A stretch of 64,000 nt of DNA, from assembly GCA_964567895.1 (NCBI GenBank), contig CAZMOX010000004.1, forward strand, positions 560-64,559, written 5' to 3'. Origin of the DNA: an uncultured Spirochaetales bacterium. GTDB lineage: Bacteria > Spirochaetota > Spirochaetia > JABMQR01. Positions 1 to 9,332 of the stretch are shown piece by piece; position 1 is the first letter of the stretch, and each line of letters opens with the position of its first letter. The notes beneath the pieces were generated by a model. The model saw nothing but the letters and a program-made list of their open reading frames with translations. It ran no database searches and was not told where the DNA came from. Made by a program: the position numbers and the translations under genes.

Positions 1-715
1 GCATATCCCTATTACCTGCAAAATGCATCACTTGCAATATGCTGAATTTTCATGTGTTGAAAACGGTAAAATTACGCATACAGCCATGTTTGTTGATTTA
101 ATCGGCTTTATGGTCGAAGCCGGGGTGAACCCGCTGCCGCCTGAGACTGGGCACTATTTCAGGTATCCTGGGCCTAGGGACCACAACGGGCTGATGTTTG
201 AGGATGCTCCATACGGGAAGGCGATAGATTCTTTCAAAGTAGTTGACGATATGATAAATGATTTAATTTCATTAAATGTTGGTAACGAAACCCCCCGGGA
301 TATGCTAAAAAAGTCCTGGAATGATGATATGATATGGTATGGTCCTTGTGGTATTGGAGCTAGCTATACCATTCCCCGGTACCAAATGCAGCATCAGATG
401 CCGTTTAGAAAACAGCTGAAGGATAAAACCACTGGACCGCTCAATGCCTTTTTCGCAGAAGGAGATTTTGTTTGTTTCTACTCCAATATGACAGTCACTT
501 CAACCGGAGGATGGCTGGGGCTTCCTGCCAGTGGAAAACCAGGTAATTTGAGAGGAGATATCGATATTTATTATGTTAAAAATGGCAAGATTTCCGAAAA
601 CTGGTGTTTTATCGATCTGCCTAATTATTTAAATAATTTGGGAGTAGATATATTTGAAAGGACTACAAGAATCTGCAATCCGAAAGACCCTGATGGGGAA
701 AATAAAGCTTGGTAG
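1..715 (+). CDS. Tandem SnoaL-like (NTF2-fold, ester-cyclase-type) domain protein, C-terminal ~230 aa; 5' end lies upstream of the window
   Basis: Frame is open from base 2. The C-terminal half aligns by eye with the second domain of the 8186-9193 paralog (VENGKIT..AGV; MIWYGPCGIG vs MMWYGPSGIG; ENWxxIDL..LGVDIFxR). Confidence 0.6.
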   Translation, partial: HIPITCKMHHLQYAEFSCVENGKITHTAMFVDLIGFMVEAGVNPLPPETGHYFRYPGPRDHNGLMFEDAPYGKAIDSFKVVDDMINDLISLNVGNETPRDMLKKSWNDDMIWYGPCGIGASYTIPRYQMQHQMPFRKQLKDKTTGPLNAFFAEGDFVCFYSNMTVTSTGGWLGLPASGKPGNLRGDIDIYYVKNGKISENWCFIDLPNYLNNLGVDIFERTTRICNPKDPDGENKAW

Positions 716-783
716 AAAGACCTGGAATATTGTATTTGATATGCTGAGTTGTTTCTGCTTGAAAACTGTACTATAATTTGCTC

Positions 784-1632
784 ATGGAATTACTAGTATT
801 ATCTGTATTGACAACAATTGAGAAGGAGCTGCCGTATAAATTGTATGGCGCAGGGCACGACTATAAACAGGAAGAGACACATCGTCCCTTCGGTTTTCCC
901 GTATATCAGATGCTTCTTTGCACGGAGGGGCATGGAATCCTGGAAATGAATGGACAGAAGTATCCTGTTCTGCCTGGGAAAGCGGTAATATTATATCCTG
1001 ATGAATCACATATATATTATCCGGAGTCAGATTCCTGGATAGTGAGCTGGATCTCTTTTGGCGGATACCAGCTGCACGACTTGCTGGATAAGATGAATAT
1101 CAAAGGTACAGGTGTATTTGATGTAGAAAATCCGAAACGGATTGAAGATAAGGTGAAACAGGCAGTAAACCTTCTTGTTGAACAGTCACCAGCAAGCCGA
1201 TTGGAATCCAGTGTTCTTGTCTATTCAATGATTCTTGACTGTTATTATCTATTCCATAAACAGGGTGAGATGCTCTATAAAGAGACCGCAAGCATCCTGC
1301 TTCCGGCATTAAGGATCATTAGAAATGAATACAGCAGGTCACTGGTTCTTGAGGAGTTATCAAATGCCTGCGGAATGAGTATTCAGCATTTCTGCAGGAT
1401 TTTTAAAGAGGCGATCCAATACAGGCCGTCAGAGTATATCAACTCAATCCGTATTACGAAAAGCATTGAGCTGCTACTGAATCACCATGACATGAAGATT
1501 CAGGATATTATTGAGCGTGTAGGTTTTAAAAGTGAGAGTTACTTCTGTTCCGTATTCAAGAAGCAGGAGGGAGTTACTCCCGGACAGTTTAGGAAGCGGC
1601 ATTCACGAAATAACGGATCCCGAACCTCTTAA
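784..1632 (+). CDS. AraC family transcriptional regulator with N-terminal cupin-like sensor domain
   Basis: C-terminal double HTH typical of AraC/XylS (LSNACGMSIQHFCRIFK...ESYFCSVFKKQEGVTPGQFRK). The ORF caller used TTG at 778; the first ATG is at 784, so the start is uncertain. Confidence 0.85.
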   Translation: MELLVLSVLTTIEKELPYKLYGAGHDYKQEETHRPFGFPVYQMLLCTEGHGILEMNGQKYPVLPGKAVILYPDESHIYYPESDSWIVSWISFGGYQLHDLLDKMNIKGTGVFDVENPKRIEDKVKQAVNLLVEQSPASRLESSVLVYSMILDCYYLFHKQGEMLYKETASILLPALRIIRNEYSRSLVLEELSNACGMSIQHFCRIFKEAIQYRPSEYINSIRITKSIELLLNHHDMKIQDIIERVGFKSESYFCSVFKKQEGVTPGQFRKRHSRNNGSRTS

Positions 1633-1899
1633 ATCAGGTATTTCCTGTTTTTCAGCCTGTTACTGTGTTGAACGGTTAAAATTCAGTATCTTCTGTTTTT
1701 GCGATTATTTTGATGTGCTCATTGGTCTCTCCCGGAATAAAAAATAAATAATATAAAAATATTAAAGTATTATTAAGATATAACTATCATCCAAACTTGA
1801 AATCTGCAAGGGTGGATATAGCACAACTTAATAATAATGTAAAATAACTATAATTATTAATCTGAATCGCAAAAAAATAAGTCTGACCATATATATTAG

Positions 1900-1928
1900 T
1901 TGACAACTGAATATAAATATTCTATACA
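1900..1928 (+). promoter_or_regulatory. Sigma70-like promoter candidate (TTGACA-17 bp-TATACA) upstream of the SnoaL-like gene
   Basis: TTGACA at 1900-1905, a 17-bp AT-rich spacer, TATACA at 1923-1928. An AGGTGG RBS sits 8 nt before ATG 1967. Confidence 0.35.
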
Positions 1929-1966
1929 TAAAATAACAAAATATACCAATATAGGTGGAAAGTACT

Positions 1967-3112
1967 ATGGAAAAAAATGACAACATACAGAAAAATGACA
2001 AATTGACTGATGAAAAACTGGAAGAGATGGGAAAGATTGAATTTGATCTGAATGGGGATATTTCTGATTTTCTAAAACCTGACAGAGTGAGACAGCAGAG
2101 TCTTGCCGGTTTTGATGATGATTATACAGATATAGTTGATTATATAGTCCGTTGTACATATAAGATTTGGGATGAGCACAATATAGGATTGATTTATTCC
2201 CACTACCAGCATAGATCCAGGGCGCATATGCCTGACGGGCTTGTGTATGGAAGAGAGAAAGTTGTTCAGGCAACCGCTGCTGCTCAGAATGCATTTCCTG
2301 ATTTTCAGCTGGTGGTAGATGATGTAGTTTGGCGGGGAAATGATGTTGATGGATTTGATACTTCTATGCCGAGTACTGCTCTGGGTACAAATACCGGATG
2401 GAGCTTTTTTGGCGCACCAACCGGAAAGAAAATATGCAGAAGAGGAATTGCCAACTGTTTTTCTGTAGAGAATCGAATAGTTGAAGAGTGGGTGGTTCAT
2501 GATGATGTGACGGTTGTTAATCAGCTTGGACTTGATCTTGATGAAGTTATAGATGACCTGATTGCACGGGGTTATTGTGATGATGGGGATAAAGAGCCTG
2601 CTGCTTCTGAGCGTGTGCATGGTGAAGAGACCCCGGCTCCACTTCCTCCTGCCCCTAAAGATGAACATGATGTGGAAGGGCTTATTCGACGTACTTATGC
2701 AGAGGTTTTTAATTGGCGGATGATTGGAAAAGTTGATGCATACTATGATGAACAGTATCGCCATCTTGGATGCCGCAATCTGGATTATTTTGGACATGCT
2801 GAGTATAAGAAATTTCTGTTATCCTGGCTCTCAATGTTTCCGGATGCAGAAATAATAATAGAAGATATTTATTGGAATGGCGATGCGAAGAGAGGTTATC
2901 GGGCATCCACTCGTTGGAAGTTGGTGGGAACTCACCTTGGAAACGGAATATATGGGGCTCCAACCGGTGCTAGAATCGAGGTGATGGGGATAACCAACCA
3001 TCTTATCAGAGGCGGGCAGTTTATTGAGGCTCTTGATGTATATACTGATCTTGAGATTGCAGTGAGGGTCGAACGGGCAAGAAGGAAAAAAGCTGCCAAA
3101 TTGGCGGACTAG
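1967..3112 (+). CDS. Tandem SnoaL-like polyketide-cyclase/ester-cyclase family (NTF2 fold) protein, two domains joined by an acidic Pro-rich linker
   Basis: Two repeats of the SnoaL-like pattern (EEWVVHDDVTVVNQLGLDL; ...GQFIEALDVYTDLEIAVRV). ATG at 1967 is preferred over GTG at 1955 because of the AGGTGG RBS. Confidence 0.7.
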   Translation: MEKNDNIQKNDKLTDEKLEEMGKIEFDLNGDISDFLKPDRVRQQSLAGFDDDYTDIVDYIVRCTYKIWDEHNIGLIYSHYQHRSRAHMPDGLVYGREKVVQATAAAQNAFPDFQLVVDDVVWRGNDVDGFDTSMPSTALGTNTGWSFFGAPTGKKICRRGIANCFSVENRIVEEWVVHDDVTVVNQLGLDLDEVIDDLIARGYCDDGDKEPAASERVHGEETPAPLPPAPKDEHDVEGLIRRTYAEVFNWRMIGKVDAYYDEQYRHLGCRNLDYFGHAEYKKFLLSWLSMFPDAEIIIEDIYWNGDAKRGYRASTRWKLVGTHLGNGIYGAPTGARIEVMGITNHLIRGGQFIEALDVYTDLEIAVRVERARRKKAAKLAD

Positions 3113-3121
3113 GGAGTTGCT

Positions 3122-4072
3122 GTGAGTGGAAAACGGGAGCAAATACGGGAATTTATACATTCCTCTCTTCGAAAAATCATTAATGAGAAGATGATAGGAG
3201 AGATTTATTCCAGGACTACTCACAGGATTAAAGTGGCAATCTCTCCGGATCAGTCTATGTATGGCCGCCAGTCTCTTGTGGATTTAGTTCAGCAGTTAAC
3301 TTCCCTAATATCTGATGCGGAAGTTGTCGTTCGTGAGAGCGCAGTGATGCAGGACCCTTATGATGATGCGATCTGGAATTTTGGAGTTGAGGGATGTTTT
3401 ACCGGGACCTATGATGGGCAGGTGAAAAAACCTGTCTCATTGGATTTTATACTTATGGGATGTGTCGCTCGTGGAAGATTCATCCGACTCTCTCTTGTCT
3501 TTGATTCGGAAGTGTTGAAAAAACAGATTGGTCAGGAACCTGTAAGATTTTTAGCTTCTGTGGAATATGGTCCACGAAGGGATTCTTTGTCCTTAGTTCC
3601 TCAGGATCAATCAATACATCCAAATAGATTCAGCGTACATAGTAGAGATTTTGGCAAGCTTTCTGTTGATGAGTTTGCCGGCAGGATACTTTCCGATATA
3701 TGGGCTTCCAGAAGTTCTGCAGCGTATGATGCTACTTCCGGTACTCGTCATGTGAATGCCGAAAAATGTATTAAAGAGCATGCTTTGTATCGGGATTTGA
3801 ACAGTACATTCTATAACTTCTGCTATGAGCGTAAAAACGATGCTATGCATATTTTTATGTATCATGATAGAACTGGGTTTGCGAGGAATTATAAGCGATT
3901 TGACATTCCAGTATCTGAAAAAGGTGCTGCTTATTTTGGTTTGGGATATGTTCAATTGTCCTTTGATGGAAAGATTATCAGAGATGACTCTTTGGTGAAT
4001 CTTAAAATCTGCGTACAGGGCGATGATGCTGTAGGTGAGCTTGTCTCTGCTAACACACCACATATTGAATAA
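3122..4072 (+). CDS. Hypothetical protein, probable tandem NTF2-like (SnoaL/KSI-like) domains
   Basis: 316-aa ORF with a GTG start 6 nt after a GGAG and the upstream stop, which suggests translational coupling. Composition is NTF2-like (VVVRESAVMQDPYDDAIWNFGVEGCFTGTYDG). The family is not firmly recognised. Confidence 0.45.
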   Translation: MSGKREQIREFIHSSLRKIINEKMIGEIYSRTTHRIKVAISPDQSMYGRQSLVDLVQQLTSLISDAEVVVRESAVMQDPYDDAIWNFGVEGCFTGTYDGQVKKPVSLDFILMGCVARGRFIRLSLVFDSEVLKKQIGQEPVRFLASVEYGPRRDSLSLVPQDQSIHPNRFSVHSRDFGKLSVDEFAGRILSDIWASRSSAAYDATSGTRHVNAEKCIKEHALYRDLNSTFYNFCYERKNDAMHIFMYHDRTGFARNYKRFDIPVSEKGAAYFGLGYVQLSFDGKIIRDDSLVNLKICVQGDDAVGELVSANTPHIE

Positions 4073-4087
4073 GGAAGATAGATTTCT

Positions 4088-4230
4088 ATGTATGAAGATT
4101 TTGAATTTAGCCGATCAATCATGATCAGTGACAGGGCAAAATCCCTGAACAGGCAATCCCTTACCTTTGAACAAATCGGGAAGATACTTGGCGGAAATAT
4201 GATTCGTGTGTATCGGGAATCCCTCTAAAC
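4088..4230 (+). pseudogene. 47-aa mini-ORF resembling the extreme C-terminus of a TIM-barrel amidohydrolase/M19 dipeptidase (...KILGGNMIRVYRESL); possible gene remnant or small protein
   Basis: AAGGAAG RBS 8 nt upstream of the ATG. The C-terminal motif GGNxxRVxRE is typical of the ends of renal-dipeptidase-family proteins. There is no upstream body. Confidence 0.2.
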
Positions 4231-4590
4231 AGCTTGTTTTAATGAGAGCGTAGTCAAGTATAAATATATGAATATTTTCGACTATAAAGTAGAATATTCT
4301 GATAAGCTTTCACCTTTTTGAAGCAATCATATATACTATTATTATACGACAGTTCGTGATGTTCATGAACTGATTTGTAAACTTATCAAAGTAATATAAT
4401 ATAAGTAAATAACAACATTTAGCTTGAGTGAATGATGGGCTATTATTGGTAGTTTTACTGTGGTTTTCTGCTGGTTTTGTCTTGGTGGCTATATGTAAAT
4501 ATATTAACGTAAAATTAGAAATATTTTAGTTGACTTGCTGTATAAGCCATGCTACCATTGACTACGTTATCATAATAAATGGAGGACTAC

Positions 4591-5892
4591 ATGACTAAAA
4601 AACTAATTTTAACAGCAATTATTATTGCTCTTCTGATTCCGGCAGCACTATTTGCTGGAGCAGAACAAGAAGCGGCTGCACCCGTTGAAGGGCTTCAGGC
4701 TCCCGACAAAGCAACCGAAATTGACATGATGGGGTGGAGATATCCGATTACAGAGTTTTATGCTGAAGAATTAACAGGATTAAATGACATTGACAATCTG
4801 AAAGTTACTACACAGTTACTGGATTCAGGTTCTGCGAAAGAACAGATTCGTCTTGCTCTTTCCGGTTCTGGAACATCACCCTATGAAATTATCCATGCAG
4901 ATGATCCTTTTGTAAATGAGCTTGCTTCAAATGGTTGGCTTCTGCCCTTGGATGACCTTATTGCCAAGTACTCTGATGAATACGACCTGACTGATATTTC
5001 CCAGGGATTTTATGACATGGGAACTTATGAAGGAAAAGTCTATGGTATTCCTATTATAGCAAATTCAATGAATTATTTTTATAACATGGAAATGTTTGAA
5101 GAACTTGGTCTTGATGTTCCTGAAACATATGCTGACGTTCTTGCATCAATCGAAGTACTTAGTGCTCTTGACGGTGTTAAACCATTTACTATCAACCTGC
5201 ATGCAGGTTGGGCCTGGAGACTTGAGTTTCATAACTTCCTTATTGCCTGCGGCGGTACATGGCTGAATGAAGATAGTACAGCTGCATTTAACGGACCTGA
5301 AGGTGTTAAAGCTGTTGAAACTATAATGAGCGTAGTTGCTGTAATGGGAGCCGATGGTCTTTCCTGGAGTATTGATGATTCAGAAATCGGACTTGAAACA
5401 GGAACTCTTGCAAGTGCTGTAACCTGGACAAGCCGCGCAGCAGCAATGGATGATCCTAATAAGTCACAATATGTAGGGAAAATCGGATTTGCTCCTGCTC
5501 CCTCTGTAATTGCCGGCGGACCTCATGCAGGACCCGCAGCAGTAGATTTCTATTCAATTCCTGCTGGAACTGATGTAGATCCTGATTTTATATTCCAGGT
5601 AATAATGCAGGCAGCTGACCTTGAGAGTCAGGTTGCAGCAGCAGATTACGGGCTGGTAACAAGGAGTGAAGTAGCTGCATTAGGTGCAGGCGGACGATAC
5701 ATTGATGCTGCTCAGAAAACTATTGCCAATGGATCAGGAAATTACGGCTTTAATCCTGCTATTAAGCTAGCTAAAGTTGCAATTGAAAACATTCTTCCGA
5801 AAGTAGCAAATGGCGACATGAGTGTTCAGGAAGTTCTGGACGAAGCTGCTGCATTATATACAGCAGAAGCAAAAGCTCAGGGATACCTCTAA
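4591..5892 (+). CDS. ABC transporter extracellular solute-binding protein (family 1, sugar/oligosaccharide CUT1-type) with signal peptide
   Basis: GGAGG RBS 4 nt before ATG 4591. N-terminus MTKKLILTAIIIALLIPAALFAGAEQ is signal-peptide-like. Size and motifs fit SBP_bac_1. Confidence 0.85.
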   Translation: MTKKLILTAIIIALLIPAALFAGAEQEAAAPVEGLQAPDKATEIDMMGWRYPITEFYAEELTGLNDIDNLKVTTQLLDSGSAKEQIRLALSGSGTSPYEIIHADDPFVNELASNGWLLPLDDLIAKYSDEYDLTDISQGFYDMGTYEGKVYGIPIIANSMNYFYNMEMFEELGLDVPETYADVLASIEVLSALDGVKPFTINLHAGWAWRLEFHNFLIACGGTWLNEDSTAAFNGPEGVKAVETIMSVVAVMGADGLSWSIDDSEIGLETGTLASAVTWTSRAAAMDDPNKSQYVGKIGFAPAPSVIAGGPHAGPAAVDFYSIPAGTDVDPDFIFQVIMQAADLESQVAAADYGLVTRSEVAALGAGGRYIDAAQKTIANGSGNYGFNPAIKLAKVAIENILPKVANGDMSVQEVLDEAAALYTAEAKAQGYL

Positions 5893-5906
5893 AATCTTAT
5901 ACATCG

Positions 5907-5950
5907 GGATTCAGTCTGTTGTGATGCAGACTGAATCCTGCTTTTCTTTT
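5907..5950 (+). terminator. Rho-independent terminator after SBP gene
   Basis: GGATTCAGTCTG-ttgtgatg-CAGACTGAATCC perfect 12-bp stem followed by tgcttttctttt. Confidence 0.7.
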
Positions 5951-5996
5951 ATAATATACCTATTGATGAGGTTCCGTTAAATTACCTGCATGGAAA

Positions 5997-6018
5997 CGAA
6001 GGGGTTAGCCCCTTTTTG
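5997..6018 (+). terminator. Second weak terminator/attenuator between SBP and permease genes
   Basis: AAGGGG-ttag-CCCCTT followed by TTTTT. Confidence 0.3.
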
Positions 6019-6149
6019 GATGTTTGTAATTCGTTATAAAATAAAAACTCAATTTCACTAGTTCAAAAATTTTGAATCCATGTAAACATGGGTATGAATT
6101 ACTCTCAGTCAGGTGTTACTATCTTTTTTAAGGACATTAAATAATAGTT

Positions 6150-7013
6150 ATGGATAATAAAACGTTTGTTTCATTTGTTAGTCCCAGTGTAATAATAATG
6201 CTTGTACTTATGGTTTTCCCATTGGTTACTGCAATTGTTTTGGGATTTAATTATATCACCTTTCAAAATTTTGCTGATCCGGTCTTTGTAGGCCTTCAGA
6301 ACTATAAAGAATTGCTGGTCGATTCAGCATTTTGGGGATCACTAAAATTTACTCTCATCTATATAGTCTTCACGGTCCCGGTTCAGATTGCCATCGGGTT
6401 TTTAGTTGCGCTTCTTCTTGATCAGGTAGAGCGTTTTCGCGGAGTCTATATTGCGGCTTCTCTTTTACCTTTTGTTGTTACTCCAGTAGTAGGAACATTA
6501 ATGTTTAGAAGCTTGTTTGATAGAGGCGGAGGGCTTTTTTACTATCTCCTTGATGTTCTTTTTAATTATGAATTTTTTATGACTACTACATCGGTAAGGC
6601 TTTTAATAATTCTACAGGGGATTTGGTATACGACCCCATTTTCTATGATTACTCTTTTTGCCGGGCTTCAGACCCTGCCGAAATCAGCAATGGAAGCTGC
6701 TACTGTTGATGGTGCGAATGCGTTTCATAAATTGTGGTATGTGGTTCTTCCTCATCTGCGATCATTATTTGTTTTTATAGGAATGATTGCTGTTATGGAT
6801 GCATATCGTGTATTTGATAATATTCTGGTTATGACGAAAGATAACCCTATATTTAATGCCGATACAATTATGTATTACAACTTCAAGATGGCAATTTCGT
6901 TTGGAAGACAGGGCAAGGCGAACGCTATGTCAATTCTTACAATCTTTGGTATATTTATTGTCTTGATTCCATTCCTTAGAACTACGTATAAACAGCAGAT
7001 GGAGAAGAGATAA
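6150..7013 (+). CDS. ABC transporter permease (MalF/UgpA-like, BPD_transp_1)
   Basis: Six predicted TM segments with an EAA-loop region (AATVDGANAFHKLWYVVLPHL). Confidence 0.85.
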   Translation: MDNKTFVSFVSPSVIIMLVLMVFPLVTAIVLGFNYITFQNFADPVFVGLQNYKELLVDSAFWGSLKFTLIYIVFTVPVQIAIGFLVALLLDQVERFRGVYIAASLLPFVVTPVVGTLMFRSLFDRGGGLFYYLLDVLFNYEFFMTTTSVRLLIILQGIWYTTPFSMITLFAGLQTLPKSAMEAATVDGANAFHKLWYVVLPHLRSLFVFIGMIAVMDAYRVFDNILVMTKDNPIFNADTIMYYNFKMAISFGRQGKANAMSILTIFGIFIVLIPFLRTTYKQQMEKR

Positions 7014-8044
7014 TGAGAAAAATCAAAAACCCTATTGCCAGAGCAGGTATACATATACTGTTATTTGTATGGGTCTTTTATAGTGTTATCCCATTCTTAT
7101 GGACGGTATTAACCTCTCTGAAGCTTCCTGTTGAAGCGAATAACAGGACTCCAAAAATATTCGGATTTAAAGTTACTTTTGATAATTATGCATCATTGTG
7201 GTTGAAGCCTGATCAAAAACGAAGACCTTTTACCTATGATAATTTTATACCTGTGGGTATTATTATTCTGGTGATTTTGGTTTTGCTGGTTGCCTTCTAT
7301 TTTCTTTCTCAGAGATACTTAAAGCTTTCTAAACCCAAAGCGGGACTTATACTGACAGGCATATTGCTGCTCGTTGTTATCTTTTTGCCGAATGTGGCTG
7401 AGATGTCAAAATCCTATGACTATTTTGTAAATAGTATAATTGTTACTTTCTTTACGCTTATTATTTCGATAAGCATAGGCTGTCTTGGCGGGTATGCGAT
7501 TGCCAGATACGATAAGATCTGGGGTGTTGTGATACTGATTGCTGCTCTTGCTTTCAGGGCCTTACCCCGAATGGCTTTTGTACTTCCCTACTACTATCTT
7601 GGAAATGCTATTAATCTGTATGATACAAAAATACTATTGATTATGATACTGGTTGCTGTTAATCAGCCTTTCACTATATGGATGCTTAGAAGTTTTTTTA
7701 TGGATATACCGAAAGAGCTGGAAGAAGCCGCCATGATTGACGGGGCAGGCCGCCTGCAGTCCTTTTTTAGAGTAATACTGCCAATTTCCTGGCCGGGAAT
7801 TATTACCACAAGTCTCTTTACGTTGTTACTTGCCTATAATGAATTCCTACTGCCGAGAATATTGACTCAGTCAAACTGGACTTTTCCTGTTCAGATAGCT
7901 TCTTATACAAGTGGTGAGGATGCAGCTTATAAAACAGTAGCTGCTGCGGCATCGGTATCGATAACCTTACCGTTAATATTTATTATCGTTATTTTCCAGA
8001 AAAGACTAGTGAAAGGATTAGCTGTAGGAGCTGTAAAGGGGTAA
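7013..8044 (+). CDS. ABC transporter permease (MalG/UgpE-like), with long N-terminal periplasmic loop
   Basis: EAA motif AAMIDGAGRLQSFFRVILPISWPG. The start overlaps the upstream stop (ATGA). Confidence 0.85.
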   Translation: MRKIKNPIARAGIHILLFVWVFYSVIPFLWTVLTSLKLPVEANNRTPKIFGFKVTFDNYASLWLKPDQKRRPFTYDNFIPVGIIILVILVLLVAFYFLSQRYLKLSKPKAGLILTGILLLVVIFLPNVAEMSKSYDYFVNSIIVTFFTLIISISIGCLGGYAIARYDKIWGVVILIAALAFRALPRMAFVLPYYYLGNAINLYDTKILLIMILVAVNQPFTIWMLRSFFMDIPKELEEAAMIDGAGRLQSFFRVILPISWPGIITTSLFTLLLAYNEFLLPRILTQSNWTFPVQIASYTSGEDAAYKTVAAAASVSITLPLIFIIVIFQKRLVKGLAVGAVKG

Positions 8045-8185
8045 GGAAATTAATTTTGAAAGAACCTTACATGAGAGTATGAAGCTGTTTTTGAGTAAGC
8101 AAGAAGATATAATTATGACATTAAGTTCAGCCTGCAGTATTCGGGCTGTACCTATTTTTATTTGATAAATATTCAGGAGATGATA

Positions 8186-9193
8186 ATGGATGAGAAATTA
8201 TTACTAGAAGCAAAGGAACTTGTAAGCGCTTATCATAAAAAACTGTCAGAAAAGGGCGGTATCTTCAGCATTAAAAAGATTTTGCCGGATTATTTAGATA
8301 CGCAAACTATTTTTGATTGCTCTCATCCGATAAACAGATTAACTGGCATAGATGAAGTCTATCAGGGTTTCTGGGAACCTTTTATCAAGGCATTTCCTGA
8401 TGTACAAAGAAGAGACGATATTTTTCTTGGCGGAGTATTTAAAGAGGGGTATTGGATATCCTCAACTGGCTACTTTGCAGGAAATTTTGAGAATGATTGG
8501 CTTGATATTCCGGCAACAAAGACTCTGGCCTATGTCAGGTTTGGTGAGTTTAATAAAGTTGAAAATGGTAAGATTACTGAAACGATTATCATCATAGACT
8601 TTCTTGACTTGATGCGGCAGGCGGGTGTCAAAGTCCTTGCAGATAGCTTAGGTTATGAAGGGCTTGTTCCTGCTCCTTCAAACCAGAAGGGACTGATGAG
8701 TGAAATTCAGAATAGAGAAGAGAGCAAAGGGACGCTCAGTCTTGTTGAAGATATGCTTTCTGGTCTCATGACCTATGATGAGTCGGGTGAATTGGGCAGT
8801 ATGGGCCAGAATAGATTTTGGGATGAAAAGATGATGTGGTACGGTCCCTCAGGTATAGGTACTACAAGAGGTCTTGATGGTTTTGAGAAATATCATCAAA
8901 GATCCTTTTTGAAGGCTTTTCCTGATAGGGTTGGAGGAAATCACCGCTCCCGAATTGGGGATGGTATGTTTGCAGCTTCAACTGGTTGGCCGAGCATTAA
9001 TGCAACACATGCAGGTGGGGGATGGCTTATGATGCCTGCAACCAATAAAAAAATAACTATGCGTGTTATGGATTGGTGGCGCAGAGAAGATGACAAGCTA
9101 GTTGAGAACTGGGTGCTTATCGATATAATTGAGTGCCTTAATCAATTTGGGGTGGATTTATTTGCACGTATGAGAGAGATGCTGCAGAAGTAG
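8186..9193 (+). CDS. Tandem SnoaL-like (NTF2-fold ester-cyclase family) domain protein
   Basis: AGGAG RBS 6 nt before ATG 8186; the ORF caller used TTG 8162. Paralog of the 1-715 and 1967-3112 genes (MMWYGPSGIG...ENWVLIDIIECLNQFGVDLFAR). Confidence 0.7.
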   Translation: MDEKLLLEAKELVSAYHKKLSEKGGIFSIKKILPDYLDTQTIFDCSHPINRLTGIDEVYQGFWEPFIKAFPDVQRRDDIFLGGVFKEGYWISSTGYFAGNFENDWLDIPATKTLAYVRFGEFNKVENGKITETIIIIDFLDLMRQAGVKVLADSLGYEGLVPAPSNQKGLMSEIQNREESKGTLSLVEDMLSGLMTYDESGELGSMGQNRFWDEKMMWYGPSGIGTTRGLDGFEKYHQRSFLKAFPDRVGGNHRSRIGDGMFAASTGWPSINATHAGGGWLMMPATNKKITMRVMDWWRREDDKLVENWVLIDIIECLNQFGVDLFARMREMLQK

Positions 9194-9332
9194 CACTGCA
9201 GAAGATTGTAGATTAACGATCAATAAACACAAAAAGAGTGAAATATACGACTTTTTATTCTGGACAATGGAAGTTTATGGCGCTATAATATGACTACGTA
9301 TTCAATGGCTGGTCAAATAGCAAGGAAGAAGA

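Noticed and set aside
1532-1747. 71-aa ORF overlapping the 3' end of the AraC gene and running into the AT-rich intergenic region
   Set aside because: It overlaps a confident gene and has no RBS or family resemblance. It is probably non-coding.
2072-2797. 241-aa minus-strand ORF, and similar antisense ORFs at 13992-14618, 15511-16086, 17069-17676 and 41263-41763
   Set aside because: Each lies entirely inside and antisense to a well-supported, family-assignable gene. They have low-complexity or odd composition and no RBS, so they are spurious.
4579-8044. ABC transporter lacks an ATP-binding subunit in the operon
   Set aside because: This is normal for CUT1-family sugar importers. They commonly share a distally encoded MsmK-type ATPase, so it is not an anomaly.
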